A stretch of DNA of 20,000 nt from an uncultured virus (IMG/VR IMGVR_UViG_3300011756_000031) (taxonomy: Duplodnaviria; Heunggongvirae; Uroviricota; Caudoviricetes). The stretch lies in IMG/VR virus record IMGVR_UViG_3300011756_000031; one strand, given 5' to 3'. The position numbers were made by a program, and so were the translations under genes. Of the stretch, positions 15,265 through 20,000 are shown piece by piece. The notes under the pieces are model-generated. The model was given only the letters and a program-made list of their open reading frames with translations. It had not been told where the DNA came from and made no database searches. How positions within the stretch are numbered: the first letter of the stretch is position 1; every line of letters starts with the position of its first letter.

Positions 15265-18200
15265 CACTAACCTGCGTCTGCAGGTGATTCTTAATGCGGT
15301 TGATAAACTCACCCGCCCATTTCGTACTGCGCAGGCCAGCTCTAAAGAGCTGGCTACCGCCATTCAACAGAGCCGCGCCAGGCTGAAAGAGCTGGACGCT
15401 CAGGCGGGGAAAATTGAAGGCTTTCGTAAAACCAGCGCGCAGCTGGCCATCACCGGTAACAACCTAAAAGCTGCCCGCGAAGAAGCGGCCAGGCTCGCCA
15501 CGCAGTTTACCGATACAAACCGCCCGACGGCGGCACAAGCCCGCCTGCTTGAGCAGGCCAGAAACCGCGTTTCGGAACTGCAGACCAAATACAACGGCCT
15601 GCGTCAGTCGGTACAGAAGCAACGCCTTGCGCTGAACGAGGCCGGAATGGATACCCGGAAGCTCAGCAGCGCCCAGCGCGAGCTGCGCCAGAATGCGGAC
15701 GAAACCCGGCAGGCACTGGACCGTCAGCAGAAGTCCCTTAAACGACTCGGTGAGCAGCAGGCCAGGGTTAATGCCGTCAGGGAGCAGTATTCCCGGAGCC
15801 TGGAAGTGCGGGATCGCATCGCCGGAGCAGGGGCCACAACCTCAGCCGCAGGGCTGGCAATGGGCGCGCCGGTCGTGGCGGCGGTGAAAAGCTATGCCAG
15901 CATGGAAGATGCCATGAAAGGTGTGGCAAAGCAGGTCAATGGACTGCGTGACGATGATGGCAACCGGACCGCCCGGTTCTATGAAATGCAGGATGCAATC
16001 AAGGCTGCCAGTGAACAGCTGCCCATGGCAAATGGCGCGGTGGACTACGCCGCACTGGTCGAGGGAGGCGCACGTATGAACGTGGCGAACCCGAATGACT
16101 CATGGGAAGACCAGAAGCGTGACCTTCTGGCCTTTGCCAGTACGGCAGCCAAAGCGGCAACTGCCTTTGAACTGCCCGCCGATGAACTGTCCGAAGGCCT
16201 GGGGAAAATCGCCAGTCTCTATAAGGTGCCAACCCGTAACATTGAGCAGTTGGGCGATGCACTGAACTACCTGGACGATAACGCCATGTCAAAGGGCGCG
16301 GACATTATCGACGTGCTGCAGCGCATGGGGGGCGTGGCTGACCGGCTGGACTTCCGCAAGGCAGCCGCGCTTGGCTCCACGTTCCTGTCACTTGGCGCTG
16401 CGCCGGAGGTGGCAGCCAGCGCTGCAAACGCTATGGTGCGTGAGCTGTCCATTGCCACCATGCAAAGTGACCGCTTTATGGATGGCTTGGATATGCTGAA
16501 GCTCAAGCCTGAGCAGCTTGAGAAGCAGATGACGAAGGATGCCATGGGCACCATTCTGCGGGTGATGGAAAAGGTGGAAAAGCTGCCGCAGGACAAACGC
16601 CTGTCCGCCATGACGATGCTGTTTGGCAAGGAATATGGCGATGATGCGGCAAAACTGGCTAACAACCTGCCGGAGCTGCGCCGCCAGTTGCAGCTCACTG
16701 CCGGTAGTGGCGCCAGTGGCTCAATGCAGAAAGAGTCCGACATCAACCGGGATTCACTTTCTGCGCAGTGGATGCTGGTAAAAACGGGGGCGCAGAACGC
16801 TTTCAGCAGTCTGGGCGAAACGCTGCGCCAGCCACTGATGGATATTATGGATTACGTGAAAAGCGTAACCGGGGCGTTGCGCCGCTGGATTGAAGTTAAC
16901 CCGCAGCTTGCGGGCACGCTAATGAAAGTGGCAGCCGCTACTGCCGCGATCACATTAGGGTTAGGTGCGTTGGCTGTTGTTGTGGCTGCCGTGCTGGGAC
17001 CGCTTGCTTTACTGCGTTTCGGGATGGGGATGCTCACCACGCGCGGGCTTTCAAGGGTAGGCCCGCTTCTGGGGGGATTGGGCCGGGCATTTTCTTTGCT
17101 CGCACCGGGGCTGGCTATGTCAGGCGGAGGTCTGCAGCGGCTTTTCGGAATGATCACTGGCGGAGCTGCTGGAGAGTCTGTTAGCTGGCTTGAGAAAATC
17201 CGCGCTGCCCTGGCCTCTTTAAGAGGGGATAGCGATAGTGAAAATGGAATTCTGGATGCTTTCAGGGAGGGCGCGCTAGAGAAGATTAAAGAGAAAGCGC
17301 AGGAAGCCGGGCAGACCCTGGTCGCCTCGTTTCGCAACCCCATGGCGGTATTGCGTGGACTCAGCGCACAATTTCGCGGTTTGATCGGCGCTGCCATTAC
17401 ACCTTTTGCTGCTTCTGTACGCGGGGCAGGCGGCGTGCTGATGTGGCTGGTTAAGTCGCCATTTGCTTTATTACGCATCGCATTGATGGGCGTTGCATGG
17501 GCTGTGGGCGCAATGCTAAGTCCCGTCGGGCTGGTAGTTGCTGCGCTTGCGGGTGTGGCGCTTGTCATCTGGAAACACTGGCAACCTATCGGCGCATTTC
17601 TGGGCGGTGTGGTGGAAGGATTCAGGGCGGCAGCAGCGCCCATCAGCGCAGCCTTTGAGCCTGTCCGGCCTTTGTTCCAGTGGATAGGGGATAAAGTGCA
17701 GGCACTCTGGGGGTGGTTCCGGGAGCTGCTGATGCCGGTTAAATCCACGGCTGAGGAGCTGAACAACGCGGCCGCCATGGGGAAAAGGTTTGGTGAGGCA
17801 CTGGCTGAAGGCCTGAGCATGGTCATGCAGCCGCTGGAGTCTCTGAAATCGGGCGTAACGTGGCTTCTGGAAAAGCTGGGAATTGTCAGCCAGGAGGCTG
17901 CGAAAGCGAAGCTGCCGGACCAGGTAGTGCGGCAGCAGGCCGCCACGGTGAACAGTGACGGCAAAGTGGTACTGCCGCCAGGCGGATTCCCTGCGATGGG
18001 CTTTGCGGGTATGTATGACAACGGGGGCGCTATCCCGCGCGGCCAGTTTGGCATAGTTGGCGAGAATGGCCCTGAAATTGTGAACGGCCCGGCAAATGTG
18101 ACCAGCAGGCGGCGCACGGCAGCGCTGGCATCGGTTGTGGCCGGAACCCTGGGCATGGCGGTGACACCTGCAGAGGCCGCGCCCCTGCATCCGTTCAGCC

Positions 18201-18421
18201 TTCCCGCAATGGCATACAAACAGAGCCAGCCCGCAAAGGTGGAGCGCGCACCGGCAGTAATGCACTTTGAAACGCACGCGCCGATCACAATTTATGCGCA
18301 GCCAGGGCAGAACCCGCAGGATATTGCGCGCGAAGTTGCCCGCCAGCTCGACGAGCGCGAACGCCGCACCCGCGCGAAGGCGCGCAGCAATTACAGTGAC
18401 CAGGGGGGATATGAATCATGA
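15257..18421 (+). CDS. T: Tail tape measure protein (1054 aa)
   Basis: MSDTNLRLQVILNAVDKLTRPF start, long Ala-rich helical ORF, C-terminal MYDNGG..GIVGENGPEIVNGPA motif; between E and U. Confidence 0.95.
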   Translation: MSDTNLRLQVILNAVDKLTRPFRTAQASSKELATAIQQSRARLKELDAQAGKIEGFRKTSAQLAITGNNLKAAREEAARLATQFTDTNRPTAAQARLLEQARNRVSELQTKYNGLRQSVQKQRLALNEAGMDTRKLSSAQRELRQNADETRQALDRQQKSLKRLGEQQARVNAVREQYSRSLEVRDRIAGAGATTSAAGLAMGAPVVAAVKSYASMEDAMKGVAKQVNGLRDDDGNRTARFYEMQDAIKAASEQLPMANGAVDYAALVEGGARMNVANPNDSWEDQKRDLLAFASTAAKAATAFELPADELSEGLGKIASLYKVPTRNIEQLGDALNYLDDNAMSKGADIIDVLQRMGGVADRLDFRKAAALGSTFLSLGAAPEVAASAANAMVRELSIATMQSDRFMDGLDMLKLKPEQLEKQMTKDAMGTILRVMEKVEKLPQDKRLSAMTMLFGKEYGDDAAKLANNLPELRRQLQLTAGSGASGSMQKESDINRDSLSAQWMLVKTGAQNAFSSLGETLRQPLMDIMDYVKSVTGALRRWIEVNPQLAGTLMKVAAATAAITLGLGALAVVVAAVLGPLALLRFGMGMLTTRGLSRVGPLLGGLGRAFSLLAPGLAMSGGGLQRLFGMITGGAAGESVSWLEKIRAALASLRGDSDSENGILDAFREGALEKIKEKAQEAGQTLVASFRNPMAVLRGLSAQFRGLIGAAITPFAASVRGAGGVLMWLVKSPFALLRIALMGVAWAVGAMLSPVGLVVAALAGVALVIWKHWQPIGAFLGGVVEGFRAAAAPISAAFEPVRPLFQWIGDKVQALWGWFRELLMPVKSTAEELNNAAAMGKRFGEALAEGLSMVMQPLESLKSGVTWLLEKLGIVSQEAAKAKLPDQVVRQQAATVNSDGKVVLPPGGFPAMGFAGMYDNGGAIPRGQFGIVGENGPEIVNGPANVTSRRRTAALASVVAGTLGMAVTPAEAAPLHPFSLPAMAYKQSQPAKVERAPAVMHFETHAPITIYAQPGQNPQDIAREVARQLDERERRTRAKARSNYSDQGGYES

Positions 18422-18903
18422 TGATGGTGCTGGGGCTATACGTTTTCATGCTGCGCACGGTGCCGTATCAGGAACTGCAGTATCAGCGCAACTGGCGGCA
18501 CGCGGTGAACAGCCGCATCAATCGCCGTCCGTCAACGCAGTTCCTTGGCCCGGATAACGATTCGCTGACGCTTTCCGGTGTCCTGCTGCCGGAAATTACC
18601 GGCGGCAGGCTGTCACTGCTGGCGCTGGAGCAGATGGCAGAACAGGGCAAGGCATGGCCGCTGATTGAGGGGAGCGGGACTATTTATGGCATGTTCGTGA
18701 TCGAGAGCCTGAACCAGACAAAGACGGAGTTTTTCGAAAGCGGGATGGCGCGGCGGATTGAGTTCACGCTGACGCTCAAACGGGTGGATGAATCGCTGTC
18801 CAGTATGTTCGGCAGCCTGAGTGACCAGCTGAGTAACCTGAAAGACTCCGCATCGTCCGCGATAGGGAATGTTACTAAGACGGTTGGAGGACTGCTGCAG
18901 TGA
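18418..18903 (+). CDS. U: Tail protein U
   Basis: MMMVLGLYVFMLRTVPYQELQ, TLSGVLLPEITGG, RRIEFTLTLKRVD. Confidence 0.95.
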   Translation: MMMVLGLYVFMLRTVPYQELQYQRNWRHAVNSRINRRPSTQFLGPDNDSLTLSGVLLPEITGGRLSLLALEQMAEQGKAWPLIEGSGTIYGMFVIESLNQTKTEFFESGMARRIEFTLTLKRVDESLSSMFGSLSDQLSNLKDSASSAIGNVTKTVGGLLQ

Positions 18904-20000
18904 ATTTCAATTCTGAACTCCTCAGCCTGTACGGCAAAAGACCGGCCTTTAACATCGTCATCGAAGGTAAGGACTTAACAACAACACTGGACAAGCGCCT
19001 GATGAGCGTGATGCTCACCGATAACCGGGGCTTTGAAGCAGACCAGCTTGATCTGGAGCTGGATGACGCGGACGGGCAGATTGTCCTGCCGCGTCGTGGT
19101 GCAGTTATTCAGTTTGCGCTGGGGTGGGAAGGCCAGCCGCTTTTCCCTAAAGGGGCGTTTACCGTCGATGAAATTGAGCACAGCGGGGCACCTGATCGCC
19201 TCACGATTCGCGCCCGCAGTGCTGATTTCCGGGCAACCCTGAATATCCGCCGTGAAAAGTCCTGGCATCAGACAACCGTGGGGGACGTTATCAGGGAAAT
19301 CGCCACCCGCCATAATCTCAAAATGGCATTAGGGCAGGACCTGTCAGGCCTGTCGCTGGATCACCTGGACCAGACGAACGAAAGCGATGCGAGCTTTATG
19401 ATGAAACTGGCGCGCCAGTACGGTGCTATAGCGTCAGTCAAAAGCGGCAACCTGCTGTTTATCCGGCAGGGGCAGGGGAGAACGGCAAGCGGAAAGCCGC
19501 TGCCGGTTGTGAGCATCACGCGAAAGGAGGGTGACGGCCACCGTTTTACCCTGGCAGATCGTGGCGCTTATACCGGCGTCATTGCCAGCTGGCTGCATAC
19601 CAGGGAACCAAAGAAAAAGGAAATGACGAAAGTTAAGCGCCGCCGCAGGAAGGCCACGAAACCAAAGGAGCCAGAGGCGAAATCGGGGGATTACCTGGTG
19701 GGGACGGATGAAAATGTGCTGGTACTCAACCGGACCTATGCAAACAGGGCTAATGCTGAACGGGCTGCAAAAATGCAGTGGGAACGGCTGCAGCGCGGGG
19801 TGGCTTCATTCTCGCTGCAGCTCGCAGAAGGCCGGGCGGATCTCTATACGGAAATGCCGGTAAAGGTCAGCGGCTTTAAACAGCCAATAGATGATGCGGA
19901 ATGGACCATAACTACCCTGACGCATACCATCGGCCCGGATAGCGGCTTTGTTACCAGTATTGAGCTTGAAGTGAAAATTGATGATCTCGAAATGGAATGA
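18900..20000 (+). CDS. D: Baseplate hub / late control protein D
   Basis: LTDNRGFEADQLDLELDD, HLDQTNESDASF, WERLQRGVASFSLQLAEGRADL; GTG start, TGA at 19998-20000. Confidence 0.94.
   Translation: MNFNSELLSLYGKRPAFNIVIEGKDLTTTLDKRLMSVMLTDNRGFEADQLDLELDDADGQIVLPRRGAVIQFALGWEGQPLFPKGAFTVDEIEHSGAPDRLTIRARSADFRATLNIRREKSWHQTTVGDVIREIATRHNLKMALGQDLSGLSLDHLDQTNESDASFMMKLARQYGAIASVKSGNLLFIRQGQGRTASGKPLPVVSITRKEGDGHRFTLADRGAYTGVIASWLHTREPKKKEMTKVKRRRRKATKPKEPEAKSGDYLVGTDENVLVLNRTYANRANAERAAKMQWERLQRGVASFSLQLAEGRADLYTEMPVKVSGFKQPIDDAEWTITTLTHTIGPDSGFVTSIELEVKIDDLEME

Larger units (their letters stand above)
1..20000. mobile_element. P2-like temperate phage/prophage, late structural and lysis gene region (extends beyond both window ends)
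   Basis: Complete P2 gene synteny P-O-N-M-L-X-Y-K-lysBC-R-S-V-W-J-I-H-G-FI-FII-E-T-U-D with recognisable protein sequences; no disrupted gene seen. Confidence 0.98.

Noticed and set aside
16852..18288. 478-aa and 253-aa minus-strand ORFs within T (likewise 12971..13975 within FI and 11715..12398 within H)
   Set aside because: Antisense shadows of Ala/Gly-rich coding sequence with no independent evidence

Overview
The whole window is the late (virion morphogenesis and lysis) region of an apparently intact P2-like (Peduoviridae; 186/Fels-2/PSP3-type) enterobacterial prophage or phage. Gene order is P(partial, minus strand)-O-N-M-L-X-holin-endolysin-lysB/lysC-R-S-[accessory gene]-V-W-J-I-H-G-FI-FII-E/E'-T-U-D. 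The only clear foreign element is an AT-rich, antisense gene between S and V (6192..7013). It encodes a stand-alone CAP12/Pycsar-type TIR domain with its putative catalytic Glu, fused to an N-terminal domain I do not recognise, and has no cyclase or other partner gene: a candidate single-gene anti-phage system. It appears wired to the lytic programme, because its putative promoter overlaps the Ogr-type activator site of the V promoter and its stop codon overlaps that of S. Also visible: three Ogr-type TGT-N12-ACA late promoter sites, probably leaderless P and V mRNAs, the E/E' -1 frameshift, a P1-Lyz-type SAR endolysin, a structured M-L intergenic RNA, and a modular 992-aa tail fibre with an internal ~130-aa duplication. 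All assignments come from recalled motifs and synteny; no database search was run.
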